A stretch of 64,000 nucleotides of DNA, taken from contig JBAYKO010000003.1 in the NCBI GenBank assembly GCA_041664605.1, positions 6,858-70,857 of the forward strand. The letters run 5' to 3'. This document shows, one piece after another, positions 39,989 to 50,201 of this stretch (the stretch's first letter is position 1; every line of letters starts with the position of its first letter). Below the pieces are notes generated by a model that did no database searches, was not told the DNA's origin, and saw only the letters and a program-made list of their open reading frames with translations. The translations under genes and the position numbers were made by a program. The DNA is from Minisyncoccota bacterium (GTDB lineage: Bacteria > Patescibacteriota > Minisyncoccia > Phycocordibacterales > UBA9973).

Positions 39989-40064
39989 GCCGGCATAGCT
40001 CAGTTGGTAGAGCGCCACTTTTGTAAAGTGGATGTCCGGGGTTCGAACCCTCGTGCCGGCTCCA
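39989..40064 (+). tRNA. tRNA-Thr(TGT) with encoded CCA
   Basis: GCCGGCATAGCTCAGTTGGTAGAGCG-CCACT-TTTGTAA-AGTGG-...GGTTCGAACCC...TGCCGGCTCCA. Confidence 0.96.
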
Positions 40065-40152
40065 ATAAAATTAACTTCTAAATTAGAAATAAAAAAGTCA
40101 CACAATTTTTCGTTGGGATTATTTGAATCTGAGAGGCGGCTCCAAAACTCTA

Positions 40153-40548
40153 TTAAACCTTCTTATTTGTCTTCTTTTTTAAAACCTTTTTTATAGCAGG
40201 ACTAGTTTGATTTTTTATATCTTTCCATTCTCCTTTTAATTTTTTTGCCAAAGAATTTATTTCTTTAGAGTGTTCTTTGTATTGTTTATTGTAATTTGCA
40301 GAAATAGAATCTATTGTTTTATTATAAATTGATTCGGTTGAATTTTTAACTTTTTTAGCTTCTTTTACTACTTCGTCTTTCATTTTTTTCATCAAACCCA
40401 AAGCTTTCTTTTGGTGTGCTTTCGATTTTGGCCCTAGTAAATAATACGCCCCAACACCAACAGTTACTACTCCTGCTCCAATTGCCATCTTCTTACCTAA
40501 GGACATTTTCTTCTTTTTTAAAACCTTTTTTACATTTATTTTTTTCAT
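40153..40548 (-). CDS. YtxH-like membrane-anchored protein
   Basis: GAGVVTVGVGAYYLLGP followed by Lys-rich helices. Confidence 0.55.
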   Translation of the reverse strand: MKKINVKKVLKKKKMSLGKKMAIGAGVVTVGVGAYYLLGPKSKAHQKKALGLMKKMKDEVVKEAKKVKNSTESIYNKTIDSISANYNKQYKEHSKEINSLAKKLKGEWKDIKNQTSPAIKKVLKKKTNKKV

Positions 40549-40651
40549 CCCATTAGAAATTATTCTATTCGTACATATACTATATTATATATAAAAATAG
40601 GTAATTAATTATATTTATAATTTTATCCCATTTTGTGAATTTCTAACGGGA
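40548..40651. repeat. intergenic element with 13-bp terminal inverted repeats
   Basis: tcccattagaaat ... atttctaacggga (one mismatch) around an AT-rich interior. Confidence 0.5.
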
Positions 40652-40686
40652 CAAGTATTTTTTTAAAAATTACGACCATATTTATT

Positions 40687-40938
40687 TTAATCTTTTTTGT
40701 GCTTTTTCTTTTTCTTAAAAATAAAATTAAATATTGTGCTATTTTTTATTTCTTCTAGTAAATCTTTAGTTGTGTCCCCTATTTTATCTACATCTTTCTC
40801 TAATTTATTTATAATTCTCGAAAAAGTCTTAATTGCTCGAATTAGATAAAATAGAAATATTACTACCAAAACCCATAGAACAATAAATCCTAACGAAGAA
40901 ATAAAAAAAAATATTTGTGACTGTAAAATATTTTCCAT
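40687..40938 (-). CDS. small membrane protein, DUF948-like
   Basis: N-terminal TM then coiled coil; adjacent to the YtxH-like gene. Confidence 0.55.
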   Translation of the reverse strand: MENILQSQIFFFISSLGFIVLWVLVVIFLFYLIRAIKTFSRIINKLEKDVDKIGDTTKDLLEEIKNSTIFNFIFKKKKKHKKD

Positions 40939-40953
40939 AAATACACTATATCA

Positions 40954-41565
40954 TTATTCTATTAATTTATCAGTAAACACCACTAAACGACTTGAGTGGC
41001 TTTTGAGAACTTTATTCCAAAATCCTGTGCAAGTAATTAAATTAAGGTGTGCTTTTCCATCATTTAAAACAAACACCTCCGAAGCATTCGCCTTGGGATC
41101 ATACTTTTTAATTTTACTCACAACGAAAGTAGTAATCATTCCTTTTTTATCTTCAATCAATATCTTGTCCCCCTTTTTTAATTTATACAAGTTATCAAAA
41201 ACCGCTGGGCCATTTTTCCATCCAGAATGTCCATCGATAACAGCGCTTCCAATTTCTCCAGGTATTGGTCCGAGATTAAACCAAGCAACAGAAGAAGGAC
41301 CATTTGGTACACCTACCTCCCCTTTAGAATTAAGACCAACAAATTCTATATTGGTATTAATTTTTATCTTCGGTATTTTAATACGTGCTGGCATTTCCGC
41401 ATTAATAACAGGTAAATAATTAATTTGTTTTTGTTCTTTTACTGATGCGAAACTATTTTTTATTAAAGTTTTTGAATTAAAGTTTAAAAAAACTCCAGCA
41501 AAAAATACAAAAATAAAAATAATTATTATTGATAATTTTAGTTTTGATAAAATTTTTATTTTCAT
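40954..41565 (-). CDS. class F sortase
   Basis: VAWF..GP.PGEIGSAVIDGH, LNLITC, RLVVF; H-C-R triad intact. Confidence 0.92.
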   Translation of the reverse strand: MKIKILSKLKLSIIIIFIFVFFAGVFLNFNSKTLIKNSFASVKEQKQINYLPVINAEMPARIKIPKIKINTNIEFVGLNSKGEVGVPNGPSSVAWFNLGPIPGEIGSAVIDGHSGWKNGPAVFDNLYKLKKGDKILIEDKKGMITTFVVSKIKKYDPKANASEVFVLNDGKAHLNLITCTGFWNKVLKSHSSRLVVFTDKLIE

Positions 41566-42653
41566 ATATTTTTTTTATTTCTTAATAATTTAAAAGATAC
41601 AAAAATTATTAGGGCTAAAATAATAGAAGTAACTAATCCGTCTATTGGGGTTCTAAATAATATTTTTACAGACTGAATAAAAATATTATGCGATACTAAT
41701 AATTCAGGTGCTATAGCAGTTGATGGAAGTGTTGGATTAACTGCCAATTGAGATTGTTCTAATAAAAGCTTCGCTCTGGTCAACGGACCAAAAATACCAT
41801 CTGAAACTAAACCGACACTTGTTTGATATTTTGAAACTGCAACCCATGTAATTTTACCGAAAATACCATCTATAATTCCCGGAGAAATTCCTTTTTTATC
41901 AAGAGCAGTTTGAAGTGTTACAACATCCATACCATATGCACCAATCCGTAGTGTCTGATAAGATACAGGAACTTTTACAGAAATAGATCCTTCCCTTTGT
42001 ATTGCATCGGTAAAGACTACTCGTCGTTCTGGATAATTACCATTAACTTTATTCCAAATTCCTTCACAAGTAATAAGATTTAAGTGTGATAATCCATCAT
42101 TTGATGTGAAAACCGTAGTCGCATCAGCATTTCGATCAAATAATTTAGTTGATCGAACTTGGAATGCAAGAGTCTCTCCTTTATCATTTTCTATGTATAC
42201 CTTATCTCCAATTTTAAGAGTATCTAATTTATAGAAAACAAACGATATTCCTTTTTTAATACCGAAATGTCCTCCAATAACAGCACTACCAACTTCACCA
42301 GGATGTGGACCTAGTGCAAACCAAGCAACATTTACAGAACCTTCAGGTACGTCCATTCTTCCATCAGATGTGATTAGCGCATCTTCTATGGCTGAATCTA
42401 CTCCAATAACCGGAATTTTAAGACGAACTGGTAACCCTTCTGGAACACCCCCAGAGTCTCTGATATTAGAATACGCAATTTGTTTTTCGCCTACTCCAAC
42501 CGCGGGGAATTTTGTTACAGGAAATTTCCAACCAAAAGTATTATCAACTATACTATTTCCTGCTTTATCTTGGTTATAAAATAGAAAATAATATCCAGCT
42601 CCTAAAACAAGAATAAGACAAGCTAGAATTAATATTATTTTTTTTATTTTCAT
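41562..42653 (-). CDS. class F sortase fused to a peptidoglycan-binding domain and C-terminal TM
   Basis: GSAVIGGH, LNLITC, RRVVF; DVVTLQ..DGIFG..T..AV..YQ..GL..DGIFGPLT; LPSTA + TM + basic tail. Confidence 0.9.
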   Translation of the reverse strand: MKIKKIILILACLILVLGAGYYFLFYNQDKAGNSIVDNTFGWKFPVTKFPAVGVGEKQIAYSNIRDSGGVPEGLPVRLKIPVIGVDSAIEDALITSDGRMDVPEGSVNVAWFALGPHPGEVGSAVIGGHFGIKKGISFVFYKLDTLKIGDKVYIENDKGETLAFQVRSTKLFDRNADATTVFTSNDGLSHLNLITCEGIWNKVNGNYPERRVVFTDAIQREGSISVKVPVSYQTLRIGAYGMDVVTLQTALDKKGISPGIIDGIFGKITWVAVSKYQTSVGLVSDGIFGPLTRAKLLLEQSQLAVNPTLPSTAIAPELLVSHNIFIQSVKILFRTPIDGLVTSIILALIIFVSFKLLRNKKNI

Positions 42654-42665
42654 TATTTTTTGTTT

Positions 42666-42869
42666 TCATTTTTTAGGCTTTGGTTTTTTTAATCTATTTT
42701 TTCGAATAAAAATAAACAAAATAATAAGCAGGGTTAAAACTCCAAGTAAAATTTTCCAAATAATAAACTTCAGATCTAGATTTATCTCAGGAGCAGTTCC
42801 TACGTCTGGAAAACCAGCTTGAGTTTGTGCAAAAGCAATATTGATATTTGTAAAAATAATTTTTAACAT
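42666..42869 (-). CDS. 67 aa protein consisting mostly of a sortase-like sorting signal
   Basis: AFA|Q..GFPDVG, then TM helix and RKNRLKKPKPKK tail. Confidence 0.5.
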   Translation of the reverse strand: MLKIIFTNINIAFAQTQAGFPDVGTAPEINLDLKFIIWKILLGVLTLLIILFIFIRKNRLKKPKPKK

Positions 42870-42902
42870 CTTATTATTCCAACAATACTAAACAATACTA
42901 AT

Positions 42903-44702
42903 TTACTTAATTAATTTACTTTTTTTAACAAAATAAACAGAAAGCAGGGCAACAAATAATCCACCTACTATATAAATTAGTTTAATAGATTCATTTGAGG
43001 GGAATCCTGTTTTTGGAAGCCCTGGAACAGAAACAACTACAGTAGCTATCGCAAAATCTTTTGCGGTTAAGCCATTTGCATCACCACTAGCTGTTGCAGT
43101 ATTTGTTGTTGTTTTTGTAAGATTTGATTTACAAGTGAAAGACCATGATTCATTACTTTCAAGCAAATTGTTGTTATTAATATCTCCTGGGTGTCCAACA
43201 ACACGACCTGGTAATCCGGTACATTTATCATCAGTGATAGTGACATTACTTAATGGCACTGTGCCGGGATTAGTTACTGTGTATGTATATGTAACTGCAC
43301 CACCCCCAATAAGTGCAAGTGGACTTGGAATTTTTGTCACATGAATTAATGGTGGCACCACTGGCGCACCAACAACAACGGTAGCACTGGCAATATCTGT
43401 TGCCGTAATTCCATTAGCTACACCTGTCGCAGTAACAGTGTTTGTATGAGTCGCTGAAAGTGTCGCAGTACAAGTATGAATCCAGGTTTCAATTAAATCA
43501 AGTTTAGAATTATCATTAGTATCTCCAGAAACACGAACTACTGGACTACAAGTATCATCAACTATTGTTATATTATCAACAGGAACTGTCCCGATATTGC
43601 GAAGGGTATAAGTATACATTACTGAGCCTGGGCCCGCCGGTAAAGATAAAGGATTGGGAATCTTAACCACTTCAATTAGCGGAGGCACAGGAGGAACATA
43701 TGGTACCCCCCCACCATTCGATGCAATGTCATCATTTGTAATCGTACAAGTTTTATCTCCCCCAGCTGTAATAGTTCCTGAACAATCTGCAGAAAGTGAA
43801 TTAGTATATCCAACATGTGCACCTTCATCAACACTATATGAACCTGCATCAAGTAGAACGGTCGTACCTAATTCATCTCCAGCAAAAGAACTTGGGGAAA
43901 TATTTGTTGTTCCAGAAACAGTAATTGTTGAAGCTGGAGCAAGAGTACTTCCTCCATTGTTATTTACAACATGTTTTATTACATGAAGAGTTCCTTGAGC
44001 AAGCCCTGCACAAGTTGCTTTAGTAATGCTTGTGTTATTTAATGTGATTGCAGCATTTCTTGCAAGTAACCTTCCTACAATAGTTGAACCACCATCATCA
44101 GTTATAGAATCCATAGCTATTATATTTCCTTTAAAATCAGAACCAGTCCCAATAGTTGCCGAACTTCCAACTTTCCAGAATACATTACAAGCTTGTGCTC
44201 CACCTATAAGACTAACGTGACTTGTAGAGCCAGAAGATGTTGTAAGCGTTGATCCTGCTTGAAAAATCCACACATCTGATGGACCACCATTCAAAGTTAC
44301 AGTTCCAGTAATTGCAATTGAAGAAGCTGTATTATAAACACCAGCTGATAAGGTTTGTCCACCGAGATCAGCAACAATTGCGGTATCTAATGGTTGACCA
44401 GCCGCATCATTATAAGCTGTAACTAAATCAGTTTTAGCTGTTTGAGTACCAGCATCGCCAAGATGATTAATACCTGTTAATGTTACGGAACCAAACCCAG
44501 TTTGAGTCAACGTTGGAAATGAACCCACGTCTCCAACAATTGTTGTTGCACCAGTATTAGTTATTCCTGAACCCGCCAGAATTGCAAAATTATCCGCGGA
44601 CAGAAGATCAACCCATGTGGCAGCCTTAATCACACTTGTAACGCCCAGAATAAGAACAGCAGTAAATGCTGTGATTATTAAATATTTTTTAAAGTTTTTC
44701 AT
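42903..44702 (-). CDS. ice-binding (DUF3494)-family surface protein with Ig-like repeats and LPxTG anchor
   Basis: Signal peptide; FAILAGSGITNTG..LGGQTLSAGVY..VWIFQ..NVFWKVGSSAT..GRLLA; two YTYT..N.G.V repeats; LPKTG-TM-KKSK. Confidence 0.9.
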   Translation of the reverse strand: MKNFKKYLIITAFTAVLILGVTSVIKAATWVDLLSADNFAILAGSGITNTGATTIVGDVGSFPTLTQTGFGSVTLTGINHLGDAGTQTAKTDLVTAYNDAAGQPLDTAIVADLGGQTLSAGVYNTASSIAITGTVTLNGGPSDVWIFQAGSTLTTSSGSTSHVSLIGGAQACNVFWKVGSSATIGTGSDFKGNIIAMDSITDDGGSTIVGRLLARNAAITLNNTSITKATCAGLAQGTLHVIKHVVNNNGGSTLAPASTITVSGTTNISPSSFAGDELGTTVLLDAGSYSVDEGAHVGYTNSLSADCSGTITAGGDKTCTITNDDIASNGGGVPYVPPVPPLIEVVKIPNPLSLPAGPGSVMYTYTLRNIGTVPVDNITIVDDTCSPVVRVSGDTNDNSKLDLIETWIHTCTATLSATHTNTVTATGVANGITATDIASATVVVGAPVVPPLIHVTKIPSPLALIGGGAVTYTYTVTNPGTVPLSNVTITDDKCTGLPGRVVGHPGDINNNNLLESNESWSFTCKSNLTKTTTNTATASGDANGLTAKDFAIATVVVSVPGLPKTGFPSNESIKLIYIVGGLFVALLSVYFVKKSKLIK

Positions 44703-44726
44703 AGTTTTTTTTATTAACTAATAATT

Positions 44727-45926
44727 TTATAAACCAAGATCAAAAATCTTAGCTTTAGTTTTTGGACCAAGAATCCCATCACCTATTAAGCTATGCGCCA
44801 TTTGCCATTCTATAAGAGCAGCCTTAGTAACTGAACCAAATCTTCCATCAAGTCCATAGTTTATCATAGCTTGACCTCCTACATTTTGAGAGATAAGAAA
44901 TTCTTGTAAGGATTTTACAAAATCTCCCATACTTCCCTTTTTTAGAGTACCGGCAATTGAGCTGACTGTCTGACCAAAAAGAGATGCTTGAGGTAGTGTT
45001 ATGGAACCTCCACTATTTCCACTAGAATTATTTGAACCTGAATTTGAATTTGAATTAGGGCAACTTAATACCATCCCACAATAAGTGGTTGGGTTATAAC
45101 TAGGACCAGGAATATAGGTACAACCTTGTGCTGGAGTTATATAATCACATATATGTTGAGAATTTTCTGACACTGTACTTATTTTATTAGCATCTAAGGT
45201 AACCGCTGTCTGCGCTAATGCCCTACCAATTAAACTAGCACCAGTGTTTAAGACAATCGCTGTTTGATCTAAAATATTTCCATTAAAGGTAGCTCCTGTG
45301 CCAATCGTTGTTTGCCCTGCTACAATCCAAAAAATATTTTCTGCTCTTGCTCCACTACTAAGGATAACTTTTTTTGTAGAACTAATATTAAGATTTTGAG
45401 CTATTTGAAAAATCCAAACATCATTTGCGCTACCAGACAAAGTAACATCTGTTGGAATTGTTAATCCTGTACTCCATTTATATAACCCAGGAGCAAGAGT
45501 CATCCCCCCTATGTTTCCAGCACCAAGTTCGGTCGCAGTTGGATTTGTTCTTCCAGCACCAGAAGTATACGCAGTTTGCATATCACTGATTGCTGTAGTC
45601 ATCTTAACTGGAGTAGGACTGGCATAGCCAGGTGCATATATTTTACCAGTAACCAAAGCTGAAGTTGAAAATTGACTAGCCGTAGGAAGAATTAAATTAA
45701 ATCCAGTTATATAACTTGCTGCGGCTGGACTAATTCCAAGATCCCCAACAATAGAAGTAGTTCCAGTAGTTGAAATTCCTGTTTTTGCTAAAATCACAAA
45801 ATCACTAGCTGATCCGAGATTTATTATTGCTGGACCCGCAGAAAATGCAATCATTGGCCCAACGAGACTAGGTATCAATAAAACGGCAAGTATTGTCATT
45901 TTAATATTTTTGTTAAAGTTTTTCAT
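44727..45926 (-). CDS. ice-binding (DUF3494)-family protein with C-terminal peptidoglycan-binding domain
   Basis: FVILAKTGIS..GDLGISP..TLAPGLYKW..WIFQIA..NIFW..GRALAQTAVTL; VKSLQ..DGRFG..DGILGPKT. Confidence 0.92.
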   Translation of the reverse strand: MKNFNKNIKMTILAVLLIPSLVGPMIAFSAGPAIINLGSASDFVILAKTGISTTGTTSIVGDLGISPAAASYITGFNLILPTASQFSTSALVTGKIYAPGYASPTPVKMTTAISDMQTAYTSGAGRTNPTATELGAGNIGGMTLAPGLYKWSTGLTIPTDVTLSGSANDVWIFQIAQNLNISSTKKVILSSGARAENIFWIVAGQTTIGTGATFNGNILDQTAIVLNTGASLIGRALAQTAVTLDANKISTVSENSQHICDYITPAQGCTYIPGPSYNPTTYCGMVLSCPNSNSNSGSNNSSGNSGGSITLPQASLFGQTVSSIAGTLKKGSMGDFVKSLQEFLISQNVGGQAMINYGLDGRFGSVTKAALIEWQMAHSLIGDGILGPKTKAKIFDLGL

Positions 45927-46224
45927 AAATTTTATAGTTAGTTAGTTAGTTTTTTAATCAAGAAAGATTAAAAAATATTAATATGATTAGTAAGATAAAA
46001 AAAGACAATATAATTAATTTCGACCTACATATTGTCCTAGAGATGGCGTTAAGCTATCTATATATAAGTATGGGCTTAATTCAAAAATAAGCCAGGCATA
46101 ACTTCATTAATAGATTAAAAACAAAAAATAGCCCTTTCTCCACAAGGGTATTTTAATAAAAAGATTAAATTGGGTTTATGACTATAAATTGATAAAAACA
46201 AATTTATAGCATTCTTAATGAAAT

Positions 46225-46377
46225 CTACTTAAATGGATTTTCTCCACGAATAATACGAATCAAAAATAAGATAACGGCAATCACAAGAAGAATATGAATA
46301 AATCCCCCTAAAAGGTGAAAGCCAATAAACCCCAAAGCCCAAAGGACCAAAAGTATAACCGCAATTGTTGTAAGCAT
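46225..46377 (-). CDS. lmo0937-family (DUF5670) small membrane protein (not in ORF track)
   Basis: MLTTIAVILLVLWALGFIGFHLLGGFIHILLVIAVILFLIRIIRGENPFK*. Confidence 0.85.
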   Translation of the reverse strand: MLTTIAVILLVLWALGFIGFHLLGGFIHILLVIAVILFLIRIIRGENPFK

Positions 46378-46460
46378 AAATTTAAATTAGTTAACAAATT
46401 TAATAATAATACTAAGTATGAACTTACTTCAAAAAATAAGCTAGGGGGTTATGAACATTA

Positions 46461-47609
46461 TTAACTGTTATATCCAAATTTTTCTTTTAAAGAAAGAAAT
46501 TTCTTTTCCATAAAAGTATAGGAGATTGAAGAAAATAAAATTGCCAATAAAAAAGCTGTGACTATTTCTAATAAATATAAAATGAAATTATGATTATTTT
46601 CTGGCATTCCTAGTAAATAAAAAACATAAAATGTGCAGAAAATTGAAACCATGTGATAACAATATAAACCATAAGACCTTACACCTAGATAATTAAATAT
46701 TTTAAAATTCCCAAATTTTACAAAAGAATTCTTGGCTATATTTTGTTCTAAAATCACAAAAGCAAAAAATGATGAGAATATAATTGGTTCAAGAGAATAA
46801 ATAAATCTATATAAAAAACCTGAAGAAACATCACCCAAAAAGTTTCTAAGAATCGGCAAAGAAAGACCGATTATATATATAACTATTATCCAGGCTTTGG
46901 GAATTTTTTCAAAAAACGAACGGAAATTATTAGAAAAGAAAGAAAAGTACGCTATTGTAGCACCTATTAATAAGTCAGAAATTAAAGAAAAAGTAGAGTA
47001 TTTTATAATATTATAATCATTATAATAAACAAAACGATATATGAACGATAAACTAATTATTATAAAAACTATTTTTAAAAGATTCTTTTTAGAAACAAAG
47101 GATAAAACTAATGGCCAAATTAAATAAAATTGCTCTTCCATAGACACGGACCAAAGAACTACAAGGATTGCACTCCCCAACCCATAAAAAGCCATTTTAA
47201 GATTCACCCCAAAAAACAAAAACCAAGGAATTGATTTAAAATCAACCTCAATACCAAACGGAAACCTTATACCTGATTTTGAAAATATTGGATAAATTAT
47301 AAAAAATCCAACAATAAGAGTTAGAAAATAAACTGGCCAAATTCGTAAGATTCTACGAATATAAAAATGGCGAATAGAAATACTTCCATTTTTTGCTTTT
47401 TCAGTAAATAAAAGAAAAGATATCAAAAAACCACTAAGAACAAAGAAAAAACTCACACCCAAATCACCGTGAACTAAGAAAATATTTTTAAAATGTTCAA
47501 AAGAACCACTCTTACTTTCATAACCTAGAAATAAAGCTGAATGTGAAATAAATACTGACAAAAAGGCCAAAAAACGAAGAGCGTCTAAATTTTTAAAGTA
47601 AGTTTTCAA
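46461..47609 (-). CDS. acyltransferase family 3 (OafA/YrhL-like O-acyltransferase)
   Basis: LDALRFLA..H, GVSFFFVLSGFLI, RRILRIWP, WSVSMEEQFY, SYGLYCYH. Confidence 0.92.
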   Translation of the reverse strand: MKTYFKNLDALRFLAFLSVFISHSALFLGYESKSGSFEHFKNIFLVHGDLGVSFFFVLSGFLISFLLFTEKAKNGSISIRHFYIRRILRIWPVYFLTLIVGFFIIYPIFSKSGIRFPFGIEVDFKSIPWFLFFGVNLKMAFYGLGSAILVVLWSVSMEEQFYLIWPLVLSFVSKKNLLKIVFIIISLSFIYRFVYYNDYNIIKYSTFSLISDLLIGATIAYFSFFSNNFRSFFEKIPKAWIIVIYIIGLSLPILRNFLGDVSSGFLYRFIYSLEPIIFSSFFAFVILEQNIAKNSFVKFGNFKIFNYLGVRSYGLYCYHMVSIFCTFYVFYLLGMPENNHNFILYLLEIVTAFLLAILFSSISYTFMEKKFLSLKEKFGYNS

Positions 47610-47633
47610 GGATTTTAAATCTTAAGTATTTTA

Positions 47634-48383
47634 TTATTGGGTGGTGTCTACACTAGTCGTCTTTTGTTGCTTTTTCTCTGCGTCTAATTTTGCTTTTTCT
47701 TGTAATTTGCGAGCTTTCACTAAATCAGGAATTAGTTTTTCTATATCAGAAATACTTTTAAAACCAGTATAAGTTTTGTCATTTATTACAAGAGATGGAG
47801 TTTTTTCTATTTGAAACATTGATACTAAAGTTTGAACTGCTGGTGTTTGAAGATTACGGTCAAACCAATACACTCTTATGCTAGGGTAAAGCGAGGAAAT
47901 CTCATCAAGAACAAGTGATTGATTACTACAATCAGTAGTACATTCTAAGTCATGGAAATAAATGAAAACAGAAATTTTCTTCTTACAACGAGTTGCCAAT
48001 TCCCTTACAAGTAAATAATCTTTAATTTGAAGAAGAGAATATTGAGTTTTAATAAGAATAACATTTGAATTATCAGAACCTAGTTGATCTTCCATATATT
48101 TAACTTTTTTTGCCATACCATTAAGTTCTTGATTGAGTTGATCTTCAAATGAAACACTAGAGACGGCATCCTGACATGAAGCAAAACGAAGTAATGAAAA
48201 TTTTGTTTCAGTAGAAAGAACATTAGTATAAATTTGCTGATAAATATTTTCTAAATTTTTTAATTTTTGCCCATTAACATAATTACTCAACAAAAAAGCC
48301 CCAATAAAAATTGAGAGAGTAATAACAAAAACGCTTAAATATTTTTTATAACCAGCTAAAAATCGGTTCCAATTAATATCCAT
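47634..48383 (-). CDS. membrane-anchored protein with C-terminal thioredoxin-like fold
   Basis: N-terminal TM; YF..CTTDC, TPSLVIN. Confidence 0.6.
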   Translation of the reverse strand: MDINWNRFLAGYKKYLSVFVITLSIFIGAFLLSNYVNGQKLKNLENIYQQIYTNVLSTETKFSLLRFASCQDAVSSVSFEDQLNQELNGMAKKVKYMEDQLGSDNSNVILIKTQYSLLQIKDYLLVRELATRCKKKISVFIYFHDLECTTDCSNQSLVLDEISSLYPSIRVYWFDRNLQTPAVQTLVSMFQIEKTPSLVINDKTYTGFKSISDIEKLIPDLVKARKLQEKAKLDAEKKQQKTTSVDTTQ

Positions 48384-48426
48384 ATTATTGTTGCCATTCT
48401 ACGCCAAAATTGAATATTTTGCAAAT

Positions 48427-49677
48427 CTAACGCCAAGTCTCTTTTTTAGAAACAATCGTGCTATAAATTGAACGAATTATCCAAAGCGGTTGAGTAAAAC
48501 TGTAAATTAGAAAGTACCACAAAATATAAAACAAACTTTCTTTGGCACCACTTAATTTTCTTCCTAGAAGAATCGCCATTATAATTGAACCAAATAAAAT
48601 TATGGATAAAAAAGAGGCTGTTTTTGTATCAATAAAAAACCAATTCCAAGAAAACTCACCAGAAAATAAATGACTCCAACCGACAATTTGAGCAGATTGT
48701 ATTTTTTCAATAAGCATTAAAATTATTCGATACCAACTATAAAAAAATACAAAAACCAAAGCAAGATAAGCAAATAAACTCATTGGAATAGTAAACATCC
48801 CAAAATTGCCAAACTTCTTATTAAAAATCATATTTTTATATTTTTTAGTATTATGTAAAAAACCTGTACCCCAACGAATACGTTGCTTCCAAAGTTTTTT
48901 AAATGTCTCTGGACCTTTAGTGTAGGCTACAGCAGTATGACAATGATCAACAGTATAACCATGTTGCTGAATACGAAAAGTTAATTCCAGGTCTTCTAAA
49001 AGATGTCCGTGTTGCCAGCCACCAACTTTTTTTAGAATTTTAGTCTTATAAACAGAAAAAGCTCCGGGGGCAACTAAAACTCCACCCATGAGTCCCAACA
49101 TTTTCTTGTTATAAGAAAACATTTGATATTCAATACTTTGAGCTTTCTGAGAAATAGCTTTTGGATTACCAATTAATATTGTTCCACCAACAGCTGAAAC
49201 ATTTGGATTTTCTTGAAAAAACTTAACCATTTCCACTAAAGCATTTTTTTCTAGAACCGTATCAGCATCAACAGAAATTACTAATTCTGTGTCGACGTAT
49301 TCTAGAGCAAAATTCATAGCTGTATATTTTCCACCATTTTCTTTGTGATAAACTTTTATCTGAGGATGATCTATAAATGTTTGTAATATCTGCCAAGTAT
49401 TATCTTTACTTCCATCATCCACTATATAAATTTTCAATTTATCTATGGGATAATCAACTGATAAGATAGACTCTATTGAACTTACAATTGTTTTTTCTTC
49501 GTCCCAACAAGGAACAATAATACCAATTGTTGGATAATGTAGAATAACAACATTATTGTTGGCAATTTTTAATTTTCTTCTTTTTTCAAAAAAGGTAACC
49601 AAAAAAAACACCTGCACATACAGTGAGAAAAAGATAAAGACATACAATACTATTTGCAAAAAAGAGTCCATATACAA
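48427..49677 (-). CDS. processive glycosyltransferase family 2
   Basis: IVDDGSKD, DAD, EDLE, KQRIRW motifs plus TM helices. Confidence 0.92.
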   Translation of the reverse strand: MYMDSFLQIVLYVFIFFSLYVQVFFLVTFFEKRRKLKIANNNVVILHYPTIGIIVPCWDEEKTIVSSIESILSVDYPIDKLKIYIVDDGSKDNTWQILQTFIDHPQIKVYHKENGGKYTAMNFALEYVDTELVISVDADTVLEKNALVEMVKFFQENPNVSAVGGTILIGNPKAISQKAQSIEYQMFSYNKKMLGLMGGVLVAPGAFSVYKTKILKKVGGWQHGHLLEDLELTFRIQQHGYTVDHCHTAVAYTKGPETFKKLWKQRIRWGTGFLHNTKKYKNMIFNKKFGNFGMFTIPMSLFAYLALVFVFFYSWYRIILMLIEKIQSAQIVGWSHLFSGEFSWNWFFIDTKTASFLSIILFGSIIMAILLGRKLSGAKESLFYILWYFLIYSFTQPLWIIRSIYSTIVSKKETWR

Positions 49678-49749
49678 TTCGCAATTCTACTACAAAAATG
49701 AGCAAAAATCAACCCCCACTTATTCTCTATAAATGGGGGTTGATTTTTA

Positions 49750-50028
49750 TTATATTGAGCTTGAATTTGTTTGTTCTGGAACCTGGCAAGTCTCACACTT
49801 TTCACATTTTTTACATTTTTTTGTAAAAAGAGTAACAATAGCAGAAACGCCGACTAAAATGTAAACAATCCATTCAATTGTTGGCCATTTTCCAAAGGCG
49901 AGATTTACTAAATTTAGATTTGTTTTTAAAAATCCACCTACCCCTACTAATCCCCAATTAATTCCTCCTACAATAACGAGCGCAGAGAAAATACAACATA
50001 GAACACATTTTTTGTTTTTAAAATCCAT
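49750..50028 (-). CDS. DUF378 family membrane protein
   Basis: LVIVGGINWGLVG..NLV..IVYILVGVSA. Confidence 0.88.
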   Translation of the reverse strand: MDFKNKKCVLCCIFSALVIVGGINWGLVGVGGFLKTNLNLVNLAFGKWPTIEWIVYILVGVSAIVTLFTKKCKKCEKCETCQVPEQTNSSSI

Positions 50029-50201
50029 TGTAATATAGTGAGTTTAAAAATTAATAATAAAAAAGACCTTTAAATTATATTAATATAATAACATAGAAAA
50101 TTGAAAATGAATAAATTTATTGTATTGTTGATAAATATTAAATAGTGATATAATTAATTCACTTTATAATTAATCTACCTCAAGAAGAGGTTAAAAAGCA
50201 T

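Noticed and set aside
39797-40105. 102-aa minus-strand ORF
   Set aside because: Antisense reading of tRNA-Thr and the 39423 gene.
40138-40146. CGGCTCCAA repeat of the tRNA-Thr 3' end as an att site for the sortase locus
   Set aside because: Only 9 nt, about 80 nt from the tRNA, no integrase nearby and no matching copy seen at the far side of the locus.
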